DNA of 60,988 bases, filler included, from Sphacelaria rigidula (lineage: Eukaryota), in the NCBI GenBank assembly GCA_964200075.2. It is 4 parts of 4 records of this genome, joined end to end, with 100 filler letters (N's around TTAATTAATTAA, not from the genome) between each part and the next. Parts side by side here need not be neighbours in the genome. Positions count along the whole stretch, not along the records: positions 15,277 to 30,450 come from CAXNAA020001877.1; positions 30,551 to 45,721 come from CAXNAA020001878.1; 2 more parts are not named here. One strand, 5' to 3'. A program made the translations under genes and the position numbers. The notes under the pieces were generated by a model. It was given only the letters and a program-made list of their open reading frames with translations. It searched no databases and had not been told where the DNA came from. Shown here piece by piece: positions 25,422 through 38,465 of the stretch (within the stretch, counting starts at the first letter, position 1; each line of letters starts with the position of its first letter).

Positions 25422-28400
25422 TGTTGAATTCGAATCTAAACGCGAATAACATGAGAGTGCAGGTCGATAGTCTTTGCTGGGACCAACGAACATGTCGCCA
25501 TCTCCGACGAGGAGGCCATTTACTGCACCGTTATCCACTTGTGGAACAAAAACATGCTCCTGCGGCCAAGGCGCATGCCCCATATCCATGTTACGGGTGA
25601 TGATATATCGAGCGAACGAACGCATCCAGAATGTGCTGCCTGCCGGCCTAGTAGGTCAGTCATGCGATCTCCATGCCACTTTGTAGATTCATGTACATTG
25701 CTGCCAGCATAGCCTGTTCATCGCATTGAACGGATTGCTGCTGTCGACAGGGATTGGAGAGGAGATACAAATGAATTCACAGCCACCCACACACACTTCA
25801 ATCGAGCACAATGCATGGTCTGTATCGAAGGATGGAGTACTGGTCAGTGTGGGCACGTACGCGACGTGAGACTTTGATCTGTGTACGTAAGGAGGCGGAG
25901 CTCTCCAGGACGCAAAAGTTGGCCCCGGACGCAACTGTGGGCAGCACAAACACAATGCAACGGGGTATCATGATGGATTTCTCCTCGCACCAACATGCTA
26001 CCTCCCAAAGAGGTATCGTTTCCGCCACCGGTGACGATACTCAAGGTCGTTCACCAACAGGGAAACACCTCGGGGTATCGGTGAACTGTTTTTCTTACCA
26101 CAGCATTCCTGCTTCTTCCAATCATGTACCTGAGCAATAAACAAAAACGTCATCGGAATTTCCCAACATGCAGAACATACTCACCTCAGAAACGCTGTAG
26201 AATACTGATGGTGTGCCCGGGAGTGCAGCTGCTGAAGAGTGTGACACGCTGGCCTGCTAACGAACCCTCAAGGTGTTGAGCCACGCATACACGTTTGATC
26301 ATTTTTTATAATATCTCTAAACGCGAGTCATTTGCCAATCAACAATTCATTACGGGTACTACTACTCTATTTTAAGCTAGTATAGTCATCTAAAAATGAA
26401 AATATTACGGGTGATCCGGCTGCTTGCGCAGGTGGCGGTTTTACCCACGAACAGCATCAGATGGCAACAAAGACCACTTGATCACTGCGTTTAAGCGTAA
26501 ACGACAAAGAGACTACTTTTCCTCTATCGGAATAGCCTCCTATAAGCGGCAGCGATCGAGCAACGCGTATATGCAATAGAAGACTGGGGACGGTTCATGC
26601 AACGCGCGGAGGTGAGAACTGTTTGACGGTTTCATCTGTTCGGCAGAAAAGGAAACGGTGTAACGTGTAACGCGGAAAGTTTGCTGACATTAAAGTTCGT
26701 AGTATCGACCAAGCGCAAAAGAGCGCAAACACAACCCGTGATATGAAGTAGCTAACTACGAGATTTACGCATATTTATCCAAGAGCAACATTCAACCTCC
26801 ACTTGGTTTCTGACCCCTGCCCTCTTCTCGAGACGTCGTTGCACCCACTCATCGACCCATTCCGCTCACGACTTACACGAGTTTATCCGCAGGCAGCACC
26901 AGAGCGCGAGAGGACACATACCGGCTGCTAGTTCCAAAGGGTCGACAGGTTGGGATTGGAGAGCCCGTGGGGTATTCGAAAGCGTCTACTCCGATTGGGT
27001 TTCTCCTCCTGCTTAGTTGTGAAGGCATCAAGAAGGTGATGTACAATCAGTAGCACAAAAGACAGTGTGGTCCTGTAATGCAGTACAGAGAGTTATTGCA
27101 GTCAGCTGTAGGATCGTGAACGGTGGAATCAATAAAAGGTGCGGAGGAAACAGAAATGAACTCGGTTGAACGGCGCGCTCGGGTCGCACATGTGAGGTGG
27201 GCGCGAAGCCGAGACTCTTTTGCGGCAATATTACTCGTACTGCGCGTGAGGTCTGTTTTTGCGAACACTACCTCTACTGTACGGCAGGCAGCAGTTCATG
27301 AGTCTGCGTGTCAGTACAAACGAAGACCACCTTTGTGTAATAACTCGCATCAACCACGTATAATTGATGCACACGTGTCAATTTCATGGATCACCCGCAT
27401 TCTCTTTACAAGTGAAAATAAATTAGAACTGGCTCTTGTGGTGGTGCAAATACATATGCCGCACTGAACTAGTGAACTAGTGTTGTCCTAACTGTACTGA
27501 CCGTTCTGACTGTACCACACTGCGCCGCACTGTACCGATATCTGTACTGCAACCCCATACCTCAACAGAACGGATTGGGGTCCAACTCCCATACATTTTT
27601 CCAACCCGGAGCCTCGAGGCTCATTGAAGTAGATGCTGGTTTACTCTAGACCGGTGACGAAACGCTGAAGTATGTTCCGCAATACAGATGAAGCATAGAA
27701 TAGTCCTCATGCACCGCCGAACCCCTCCCTCCCTCGTGAAGTTTGTACGAAAGGAAAACCTCCGGATAAGATTTTAGCGGGATAAGATTTCAGCGGGATC
27801 TTGAGACTATCACTTTCTCGATCTACAGCAACTGGAGAACAACCATCTGATCACCCTGCAAAAACGTCACAAATCGATGAAGGCAGAAAGATCGAGTCTC
27901 GGTCTATATACGAAATAGTTGAGTTGGTGACAGAGTACGAGCTGATGACAGAGTACGGGGGTCGTCATGAGCAGACGATATGATCGTTGTTTCGGCTTGA
28001 AGCATAACCCCTTGTCGAGCCCGGTCCGTAATGAGTGGTGTGCTCCAAATTTGAACCTTTCAACCGCGAAATGTCACACACAGATCGTCCCCACATCCGT
28101 ACAGGCCCGCCGGCAAGGAACTCTCATCTCGTCTGTGGTTCAAGCTGTTTATCGCAGAGGTTGGCACAAGCAGAGTGCTTCGGAGGTATCTCGAACTTGA
28201 GGTTCTCGCTTTTTTCAACAGTAATTTATTGTCAAGTATACCAGGATCCTTGAGTTTGAGTTGACCCTATTGCGAGACGTTTTATCTCTTGTTGCCACCA
28301 ACTTTGAACTCGGAAATTCTTATATCTCCGTTTGATCCAATGATGGTCATCACGGGTTGTACGTACACGTAATCTGCGGAGACACATTTGAGCCGTAAGT

Positions 28401-28879
28401 TTTTTTAGTTTTTGCCGCAACTTCAAGTTTCTTTCGTAGATGTGCGCAGTCCTTCTGTCCTTAAAAAATCGAGATTGGTGACAGCCATTAAATACGTTTT
28501 TTTATGCGCGCTTTGTACTCTATAAAATATTTGATGCTGAGATTCTTGATTATTTGGGACCGGACTCCCACTGACCACGGGTGAGGACCTGGTCTGCGCG
28601 TATGGTCGATCTGTGAATCGGCATCATCCTCACTCGTTTTAAGTGAAAACAATGATGCCGGTTCACAGTGGGCCCTGACCCCCGGTGCGTGTCTATAGTA
28701 CTCCGGTCTCAGGAATTTATACATGCAACAAAAGCAGCAGTGAATACGTGCATACACGATACGAGTTTTACCATACAAGAGGCACCACTAAAGAAAAGAG
28801 GGAAAATAAATATGATACAATTGTACTTGTATAAAGATATACTACGGAGTATAAGGCATGTTGACTCATCGATGGCGAG

Positions 28880-29270
28880 AGTTGGTCATCGGTTGAATCG
28901 GCATCAATTTTCACTTGGAAAAAGTAGACATGATCCAGATGGACGACCCTCCTCGTGGTATAAGTGTTGAATCGGCATCAATTTCACTCGAAAAAGGTAT
29001 ACATGATCACATGGACTACCCTCCGGGTATAAGCGTTCAATCTGCATCAATTTCACTCGAAAAAAGGGTACATGATTCAGATTGACTACCCTCGCGGTAT
29101 AAGGGTTCCAACAGTGTGATCATGTATAGTTTTTTCAAGTGAAATTGATGCCGAGTTGAAGTTGATCGGCGCAACCGTTGAGGTCGATTATCCAAACCTT
29201 ACACCGCAACGGCAGTCCATCTGACCACGTATACTTTTTCCAAGTGGAATTGATGCAACTTTAACAGGTG
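28880..29270. repeat. Cluster of about 70-bp direct and inverted repeats related to piggyBac-like MITEs
   Basis: Repeated gttgaatcggcatcaatttcact...catgat..ga(c/t)taccctc units plus their reverse complements; the motif is shared with 46880-46977. Confidence 0.65.
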
Positions 29271-29319
29271 ATCTACTCTTGTCGCCGTCTAGGGGGTTCA
29301 GAACAGCTCTTTTCTCGCT

Positions 29320-29323
<4 letters not shown>

Positions 29324-29362
<39 letters not shown>

Positions 29363-29941
29363 GTCATCCCATCTATTCTGGACGCCGGTCTACACCTCTC
29401 GGTAAATGTGGGCACACCAGCCGGGGTCACACAGGAGGAAAGCCAACGCGGGATTTTTTCTTCACTTGTTTTAGTTCTCCGCCTCACACGCGACCATTTG
29501 GCTACACCCCAAAATACCTCCGGAGGGATGCGCGGCCCTCCAGGGGGGAAACAAGCCTCCGGAGACCTTCAATCTATCTGGAGGAAACCAAACTCTACCG
29601 ACTCGAAGGGCCGCGCACCCCTCCGGAGGCGTTTAATTCCTCTGGAGGCTCGAAAATGTATACCCACCTGGAGGAATTTTGGAGATAGCCAAAGGGCTTC
29701 CTTCTGCGGTGCTTGCCTTTATATTTTACCGCGAGAGGGGTTCAGCAATCCCTTTCCCTCGTCGACCGATGAGTCGATTTCTTTTTTCTCAAGTCGAATT
29801 CTGTGTACCCACGACACAGTCGCTCTCCATTATGTTCGGCATTGTGTGGGAAAAAAATCCCAGATCGCTCCGAGACCCGAACCCACGACCCTCCCGTCAG
29901 AACATTTTGAGGTTACCAACTGAGCCACCGGAGCGACCGGC
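29324..29941 (-). mobile_element. tRNA-derived SINE with long (CA)n tail and a nested MITE
   Basis: Head GCCGGTCGCTCCGGTGGCTCAGTTGG..GGGTTCGGGTC; (TG)n at 29324-29361. An insert of about 200 bp at 29500-29690 has TIRs ggctacaccccaaaatacctccgg / cctggaggaattttggagatagcc. Confidence 0.82.
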
Positions 29942-30450
29942 ACATGATAACTCATTTTTCATCATGTGGATGTTGGGCATCTAGATTGAAAGCATACCCG
30001 GAGAACGTACCCCTGACCGGTTTTGACCCTACATTTTGTTTTTCGTCCCTAGACGACAGGTAGCAATCTTTACTCAAGGGGTCTGACAGACTGGAATACG
30101 TTATACACCGCCCCCGATTACCGAAGTTATCACTTTTGGCGACGGGGAGGGGGGTACCCCTTTCGTAGGGGTGGGTAGCCCCCTCATTGGATGGATAATG
30201 ACGATAGTAGGTACTGTACTGTGCAGTACGTGTATGAACGGCTTTTCCCAGCTTGTGCCAGGCTTGTGTACAAGTCAGTGTCATTCCTTTTCAATAATAT
30301 GGAGGCGGTATTTTTGGAGATGAGGCGCCCCAACACAGTACACCAGGCGTCTGATGACATTGAAAGTTGACGTATGTGTGGACTGAAGCCACAGGTAGGT
30401 GTTGACGCAGCAGTTTCGGCGACCCAAGGCGTTTTGTGCGCTGCGTGGCT

Positions 30451-30550
30451 NNNNNNNNNNNNNNNNNNNNNNNNNNNNNNNNNNNNNNNNNNNNTTAATT
30501 AATTAANNNNNNNNNNNNNNNNNNNNNNNNNNNNNNNNNNNNNNNNNNNN
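30451..30550. other. Artificial contig spacer
   Basis: Same N44-TTAATTAATTAA-N44 linker. Confidence 0.98.
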
Positions 30551-30558
30551 CAATATTT

Positions 30559-30626
30559 CTCGAAAGGGATGCGTGGTCAATGGTCAAATGACTAAGGCAA
30601 GCAACAAATGAGTACGCCCCCCCCCC
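30559..30626 (+). mobile_element. LINE 3' end abutting a C-run inside the gypsy ORF
   Basis: ctcgaaagggatgcgtggtcaatggtcaaatgactaaggcaagcaacaaatgagtacg followed by a C-run. Confidence 0.7.
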
Positions 30627-32466
30627 TCATGACTCCTCCGACATGCCCAAACAACTGCCGATAGGGATTAGTCAGTATGTGTTGACCAAGTATGCGATCA
30701 AACCTCCGCCGTATCATATGACGGTCGAGGATGCGGACGCACCCCTGGAACGTGTTGAGGTAGATAGGATTTCGGGCCATCAACTGGTTCGCGGTCGAGG
30801 AGGTAAGATAGCGGTAATGTATCAAACACATTGGAAGGGTATCATGCGTGATACATGGGAGCGTGAAGTTGATTTGCGTCACTTTTGTCGAGAAATATTG
30901 CTGTACTGGGTAGGAGATACCGTCCAACACCGCCCGTTGAATAAGAGATATCGGTCGATGCGCAAGGGAGCTGCCGCTCGGGAACTGGCACGTGAACACT
31001 CAGCGCGGTTTGTTATGACAGGCCATAGCCTTCTTTCGCGTTTCACAATACATGCAGTGTTTTCACGGAAAACGATTGCCGAAAGGGGCGTATTTTTGGT
31101 ATAAGATCTTGGATTCATCGTGGTGGTTGGGTAAAATTCATTTGGTCGATCCTGCGTCTGACCACTCCTACTTTATCCGTTTCCTCGATGACCTGAGCAC
31201 CCTCAAGATTCGCTTGGATGATGCTTACTACACCGAGGAGCCGACCGCTCGGAGGGGATCCTGGTGCCTCCACCGACACGACCAAGGCGAACTCGAAACA
31301 GCCGTTCTACGGAACACGGACACCGCTTGGGATGCAGGTGACTCATGATGCCGCACCCGAGTCTGTTCCCCCATTCACCTTGCGTAGTGTACCGCGTTCG
31401 AGTCGCTTGTCTTGCACCGTAGCGTCGTTGGACAATCATGTGTTCCCCCCCCTGCCCCCTTAATTTTTTGTTTTCGTACTAATTAGCCCCGTGCTTGTAG
31501 TGGTTGATGTTGTGTTTCGTATTTTGCCTTTGGTCTCTTGTTTTTGTTTTTGTTTTGGGATTTATTTTATGTGTGTGTGTGTTTTTTTTTGTTGCTTTGG
31601 ACCCTGGTTTTGTGTTTCGGTTTTCTTTTCCTTTGCGTCACTTGTTTTGTTTTTGTTTTTGTTTTTGTTTTTCAGTTTTTCTCTTTTTTTTTTTTTTTTT
31701 TGCCTCGTGCTTTGTGTTCGATTTTTTTGTGTTCAACGGGTAATATTCTTGGTTATTTCTGGGTTCATCTGGCAAAGTACAAGTGACGACCGTTCCATTC
31801 CTGCCCCCGAGTCTGGAACCTTGAACCTCCGTCCTTCGCGCCGTGCATTCACAACCATTCCGTCTACTGGAACAGTTGCCACAAGTTATTTATTTCTTCA
31901 TTTGTTTTTTCGTTGTACGCGCATTTTGTCTTCTTTTGTGTAATGTGTTGTTGTTGTTTTTTATTTTTGTCTTTTCGGTCGAGAGTTTTAGGAGCGAGCG
32001 CTAGATACACCTGACCTCCCCGTCTCGAATAATTGCGCTCTTGCCCAACCTTTTCGTACACGCATACCGCCTCCCCCTTCAGGATCGGTGATGACGTGTC
32101 CCCTTTTTGTGTGCGTACCAGGTTGAGTTGCATATTAACATGGGTTTATCTCAAATGTTTTGACCTTATTGGCCGAAACTTTTGACCCTGCTTGCTTCAT
32201 ACACACGATAACCGCTCCCGTTTACAAGCACGGTTGCCACGTGTTTGTCCGCTTTATGTTGCGGAATTTTCGTTTTCGCTGTTGCCCAGCATGCCCCTGG
32301 TTTTATGTTTGTTTTGGTTTTGGTTTCCGCGTCTATGTCGGGAACTTCGCCATGAGTGTCACAACGTTCCTGAGTTCCTGACCCTCGAGTCCAGAACACT
32401 TGGTCAATTTTGTGTTTTGCGAATCCTGCCGCGTATGATCAACCTCGTTTAGGGGAGGGCCACGGG
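30627..32466 (+). mobile_element. 3' part of a chromovirus-type Ty3/gypsy LTR retrotransposon (integrase tail, 3' UTR, polypurine tract)
   Basis: ORF 30643-31104 has a chromodomain (VEVDRISGHQLVRGRGGKIAVMYQTHWKGIMRDTWERE). It continues after a frameshift in 31052-31348, then a T-rich UTR and a purine tract AGGGGAGGGCCACGGG at 32451-32466 followed by TG (probable LTR start; LTR end not determined). Confidence 0.75.
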
Positions 32467-34326
32467 TGATGCGACGCGATGGTTTATACTTGGTGAGTGG
32501 TAAGTTACAATGAGGTCACCACTGACCACGTCGTACATAGCGGTGTTACTTTTGTCATGAAGTCGCGGTATCATCGGTTGCAAACGTCTCCTCATACAGG
32601 ACCATTACGTATCATGATAAGGTAGATTTCTCTTCTGGAACTGTCCGTTCCGCCATGTCGATATTCGACCGTTGGTACAGCCTACAGGCTCAGAGTCCGC
32701 CACTCGCTATTTGTTTCTGTCACTATTACCAGTTTTTTGCATACAAGTACCCGCCCCTGAAATCGGTCGGTGGTGTGTTGTTTTTATCAGGGATTATTGG
32801 ACGAAGTATCGTGACGGTACGACCGGCGGTGGTTTTTACTCCAGTTTGTGTTCGGGCCAGTCTCGTTTTAGTCCGAACGGGCAAATACTGTGAGGAGTGG
32901 GCTGCGTTGGTCCTCTCTGTCCTGTGTATTTGCCGTGGTTCAGAAATGTGGTGGGCGATCCGCCTCGGAACTACGTAGTAGGCTCGAAGGTTGTGTATCG
33001 ACTCCACTGCATTTCTTTTAACGTGTACGGACACCTGACCTCTCAAACCGGTCGGTTGTTTTCGTATCTCGTCGGGTGAAAAAAAAAATGCGGTACGACT
33101 GGATCATCACCCAGATATCTTGAGCGAGTTGTTGCTCTCCCAAACATGTACCGACAATTAACTCCCGTCAACGAGTTGATTTTTCCGTACCATGCTGTTT
33201 AGTTTTTTTATCAACGTATTATGGTTTCCGCGAGAAACTATCATTTTCGCGACGAAATCGGCTGTACGTTGCTGGCTTTTGCTGATTGACTGGGACGAGT
33301 GATTAGCATGAACTTGGTTATCGGAGTGATATAATGCATTGGGGGGCTTGCTTGTTTTTCTACCCATGACCTAAAACAAATCGGACATCCGGAAAAGAGT
33401 GAACCATTTACTCATGATATAGTTGTGGCAGGGTAGGATGATCGTTACAATGATAGGTCTCTGATTTCCTGTGGCTATCCCGGAAATGCTCACGACGTTA
33501 TGAAGACACTGCATTTTGTGGTATATGGTTTGATTGTTGAGTTTGGATTTTTTATTTTGGATTTCCCATGACTCCGCCTGAAAGGCTCACGGAACATGAG
33601 GCCACTGGATGACTATTGTATCGGTACGATTGTTTTCTTTGCTTTGTGCTTGTGTTTGTATTTTATTGCCTTTTTTGTGTTGATCGCCCCTTCCTGTTCC
33701 CCGTACCAACGAAGACTCGATCTTCAAAATGAGTCTCAGTTTTCTGTGGTGTGAGAGAGGTGTGGCTCGATGCAAGTTCGTCCCTCCTGAAAAGGGACTG
33801 CACTTGGAACGATCCAGGGTGGACTAATGTGATCGTAAATGACCGAGTGCGTGAATTAAACTAGTTTTTGAGATTTGTCGATGGTTCCCAGAAACGACCG
33901 GCGGGTATGAAAACATTCTAGTCGAAAGTGTGCTTGTATAAGGTAGAATATTGATTGTTTTATGGTCGATACAGCTGCTTGAAGTTGGATACAGAGTCGT
34001 ACCTGACCAGCCGCGGGCGTACGTCACTACTGACGCTTTGATTGGCCACATCATGGCGCGTCAGGCTGATTTTGTAGTACGACAGGGTTGTATGCGTAGC
34101 TAGGGGTTTTGAGGGTAAGGTCGAGCAGCGCCCACCATCGCCCACGAGGCTCACTTGCATCCTTCGACCATCTGGCCACCGTTTTGGGTTACGTAGCATT
34201 AATACAAGAAGGGTCAACAGCTATTCTCTGCGCTCCTGGCTACTGACTCTCACTGGTCTGCAAGCCGTGACAAGCTAACGCGGGTGAGTCACGTGCAACA
34301 TGACCCCTCGAGTCATCCTACGATAG

Positions 34327-34533
34327 GAGGGGGGGGTATTTTGGGCCACTTCTTGCACGAAATTCCGAGTCAAATTGTCGTTGAAACCAGCAACGGTTGT
34401 TCGAACGAGCTTGTTGTGGGTTAATAACGCTCATCCATACTGCCTCACATCGTTTGACACAAGCGCAACGCAAGTGTGGCAGATCGTCTGACACACCTTT
34501 GAGCCTCTTTTTTCGTGCAACCAAATACCCCTC
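34327..34533. mobile_element. Small MITE
   Basis: TIRs gaggggggggtattttgggccac / gtgcaaccaaatacccctc. Confidence 0.5.
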
Positions 34534-35626
34534 CCGTTCTCGTGGGATGACTCCCTCGCTCCTATTTGTCTGTCAATTGCACGCACGAGTTTGGAATCTG
34601 GTCTGCAGCTTAATATAGCTGGCTTGCACGTTGGGAGAGAACCCTCAGTTTGATAAAACGAGTTCATCACAGGACGGGCTTGTCACAATCCCTACTTTGG
34701 TGGGGTGCAACTTGCTCTGCTACCGAATACCGTAGCATCCTTGAACCTTAAACGGTAAAAATAACCTCCCTGGAGGAAAGCAACCAGTATAGCAGTGGGG
34801 CAAGAAGATAGAAGATACGATCGTGGGACGCCTGGATGGTTTACCATGAAGACCGCCTGGCGCAGACGTGGGGTGCTTGTGTCAAAGGCGTTGAACTTAG
34901 CTCCAGGCTACGAGCCCGTGTTGGAGGCATTATTTAGTGTCGGTGAGCCGGCGGAAGATCCGAAAGGCACCAGACCCCCAACAAGTACTAGGATCGGGAT
35001 GTCCCAGAAAGCAGGAGACTCTCTCGAAGGAGATCGAAAGAAAGACGGTAAGGAAGGGCGGATGGAGGAGAAATGTTTTTCGAAACCAATAAGATCAGTC
35101 CCTGCAGGGACCACACCCCCGACCCTAACCCCAATACTAACCCCGACCCTGACCCTAACCCTAGCCATAAAGATGGTCAAATGCCGATGCGGTCCTATAA
35201 GCACGCGATCCTCTCACGCATTACAGAACAACTACGCAAGGGAAAATAGAAGTAAGAGGCACGGGAAGAGGATAGGAGACGACAAGCGAGCAGATAATAA
35301 TTCGGAAAGGAAGTTGAAAATAGGATCGTGGAACGTGTGTGGCTTCGCCACAGACGAGCACAAAAACAGAGAAAGTCGGACAAGTAAGCAAGCACGACCT
35401 AGATATAGTAGATATGGCAGGAATTCAAGAGTCATGGGAGAAAGAGGGGGCGGAAAGAGGATGCAAAGTTTGAGCGTACGCATGGATAGGACAGAAGCGG
35501 AAGGTACAGAAGCCCAAGGGCAGGGAAGCGGGGGGAAGTAGGAATCTTGGTCAAGGAATACCTGTGTGACGTTATCGAAGTAATCGATGACGCGAAATTC
35601 GACGAGAGCATATGGGCAAAGGTACT

Positions 35627-36051
35627 TAACACGGGATCTTACAAATTGGGGATGAGAAACCCGGATAATTAAAATCTTCGTGTCCACACCAAATCGTTTA
35701 TTTTATTACTCCATTTCTTCACATACTGATAGCTTTTGACAACTGCTGCACGCCGTAGTAATTTGGATTTCGATCATCGAAATATTGGGATCCCAAGTGA
35801 AAAACCGATTTCGGGCAATTTCGGGTGTCCGAACGGACGCCAAAATTGTTCCCAGTTTTTTCACCTAGAACCCAACTATTTCTGTGATCGAAATCCAAAT
35901 TTCTATGGCGTGTAGCAGTTGTCAAAAGCTATCAGTAGGTGAAGTAATGGAACCATACTACGAAGATTTGATGTGGATACGAAGGTTTTAATTCTCCGGA
36001 TTTCTCATCCTCAATGAAAGATCCATCCCCAATTTGTAAGATCCCGTGTTA
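35627..36051. mobile_element. Palindromic MITE, copy 2 (425 bp), in the LINE endonuclease
   Basis: Same TAACACGGG...CCCGTGTTA ends, flanked CT/CT. Removing it restores the frame ESIWAKVLGERGTKNDFF. Confidence 0.9.
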
Positions 36052-38394
36052 CTAGGGGAGCGGGGAACGAAGAATGACTTCTTCGTAGGTACCATCTATA
36101 TGCCCCCAGAAACGAACAGCAGGGCGAACGGTATTCAGCGCAGGTTCGGAGAGATGGGAGCAGATGTACATGAGTATAAGAGGCAAGGAGAAGTATTGTT
36201 AGCGGGAGATTTTAATGCAAGGGTAGGAAGAGCAGATCAACTGGACGATATCATTGGGCAATACGGGGAAGATGCGAAGAACACGAATGGGGTAGAAATG
36301 CTGAAGTTCCTTGAGCATACCGAGATGACGACGTTGAACGATAGAGCACAAAATCAAAGGCCAAATGGAGGGAATGCAAAGGAAAAAGAGAGGACGCTTC
36401 GTTCTTGACGATGTGGTGGTATAGCATGGAAATAGTGAAGAATCCATGTGTGCGTGGAGAACGTGGGAACGATAGATCACTGCCTAATATGGACAGAAAG
36501 CCAACAGGTGACAGCTGAAATCAATAGGCGGGGTGGGAAGTTGTACAAATGAAGAATCGATAAACTAGATGTGAAAGAAAAACGGCAAGAGTTCCGAGAA
36601 TAGATGGCCGAAAATGCAGTGAAATTTTCCGCGATGTTGAAACGCGTAGGTACAGTTGATACCGAAATGGAAAGACATCGGGCAGGAGCGAAGATTGTAG
36701 AAGGGTGGGAGCAGCTGGTCAAGAACACCGCGAGTAAAGTCATAGGGAAGAAACTGAATGTATGCAGCAGATCAGTAAAATGGTGGGATGAGGAGGAAGT
36801 GAAAGAGGCTATAAGAGTAAGGGGACAAACCCACGCGAGATGGACGTCGAACAAAACTACGGTAGGATGAGAGGAGTATACGAAAGCTCGAAAGGAAGTA
36901 AAACATATGGTACATACAGGAGAATAAGAAGAGAGTATGGGAAGGTGCAGTGAATAAGACAAAATGAACAGTTCGATGGCGGGATGAAGCAATGTGGGTA
37001 GGGATAAAAGGGATTACGGAAAGCCAGGCAAGGAACATAGACAACGGGATAGCCACACTACGGGCACAGATCGGTAAAATTGTCAGCAGTTCGAAGGGGA
37101 AGAGAGAAGTGCTAGCCGAGCACTACCGTAAACTAGGAGAGCCAGAAACTGACACGAAGTTCGACAAAGAATTCGAAAAGGGAATCAACGAGTGGGCAGA
37201 AGCAAATGTAGGGGCAGCAAAACAGGAGGATAGTGGCTGGAACGAATTGCAGAGGGAGTTTATCAGATATGAAGTGAAGGAGTGCGCAGCTAAACTCAAG
37301 AACAGAAAGACGGAATAGTATATGAATTTCTGAAGAACGGGGGTGAAGGAATGATTGCCATGGTGGTCATGCTGTACAACTGGATATGGGAAAACAAGTA
37401 CACACCCAAGACGTGAAGAGAAGGAGTAGTCGTCAATCTTTTAAATAAAGGAGACAAGGCTGAACCAGGGAGCTACAGAGGGATGACGCTACTGAGCACG
37501 GTAGGGAAAACATTTTGTAAGGTTCTGAATGATAAAGTAGGAACGATGATAGAAAAGGACGGAACCTTCAGCGAGGGACAAGCGGATTTTAGGCCAACCC
37601 GTAGTTGCGTAGTATCATAATCATGGGACTAACTCATGCACTGGCTGAGGTCTTTCAGTACGAGTACCAGGAGATACCATTGGGTCCAGCTAACCCAAGG
37701 TCTCAGGTGGGCACAACGTACGACCTATAGCTACCCATCAAAGCACAATCACATGCAGGTTCTTCCATGTATACTGCCGGTTAGGAACTCACGTGTTTCA
37801 TAGCGTCATGTTATATCTACAAGCCTCTCTTACTCAGTATAGCCGGGGCGGAGCCATAGGAGCAGAGCGTAGTGATGACCCAGAGACGACCAAGGCAAGC
37901 CGGTAACTGATTGAGATGGGTCAACGCCGTGTGGCGAAGCCGGAACAATCCCAACTAATGACAATAGCAAACGCGATAACAACGCGTCACGGAACTCGGG
38001 GTCTACGAGCAGACCCGCACAGCGTATATTTTGCAACGCCTCCGAGCTTCATTACACTACACACATGGACAGATAGCACCGTGTGGAGGGGGTCTACAGG
38101 GTTTACGTACCCTACGCAGTGTTTCTGGCAAGAGTTTTACTGTACAGTGTTTTCCAGCGTAGCACAGGACGCTTCAAAGGCTTTCCCTACAGTAGTTAGG
38201 AATAGTGTGCATCACAGGGTTCCTCTCCACAGGGTTTCTCTACAGTGGTCATGAATAGTGTGCATCACTGGGTTCCGTCGCCCTGAGAAGAGTTCATCGC
38301 TGCTGGTAATGCTGTGCAGTGTGTTTACGCACAAACACTACCCTCCACATGCAGCTGCGGGCGCAAGGTACTAGCGGAAAAAAGAACTGATTAG

Positions 38395-38465
38395 GTTGGA
38401 CGGGGAATCGAACCCTCGACTTCATCGTTCTACAGTCAACCGGTCACACACGGAGCTACGCGTGG
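38395..38465 (-). pseudogene. tRNA-like fragment (Tyr-like GTA anticodon loop) inside the DNA transposon
   Basis: Minus strand reads gcgtagctccg..gactgtaga..gggttcgattccc; the cloverleaf is imperfect. Confidence 0.4.

Noticed and set aside
31491..31943. Hydrophobic Phe/Cys/Val-rich ORFs (also 5655-5957 and 54868-55236)
   Set aside because: Translation artefacts of T-rich low-complexity tracts.
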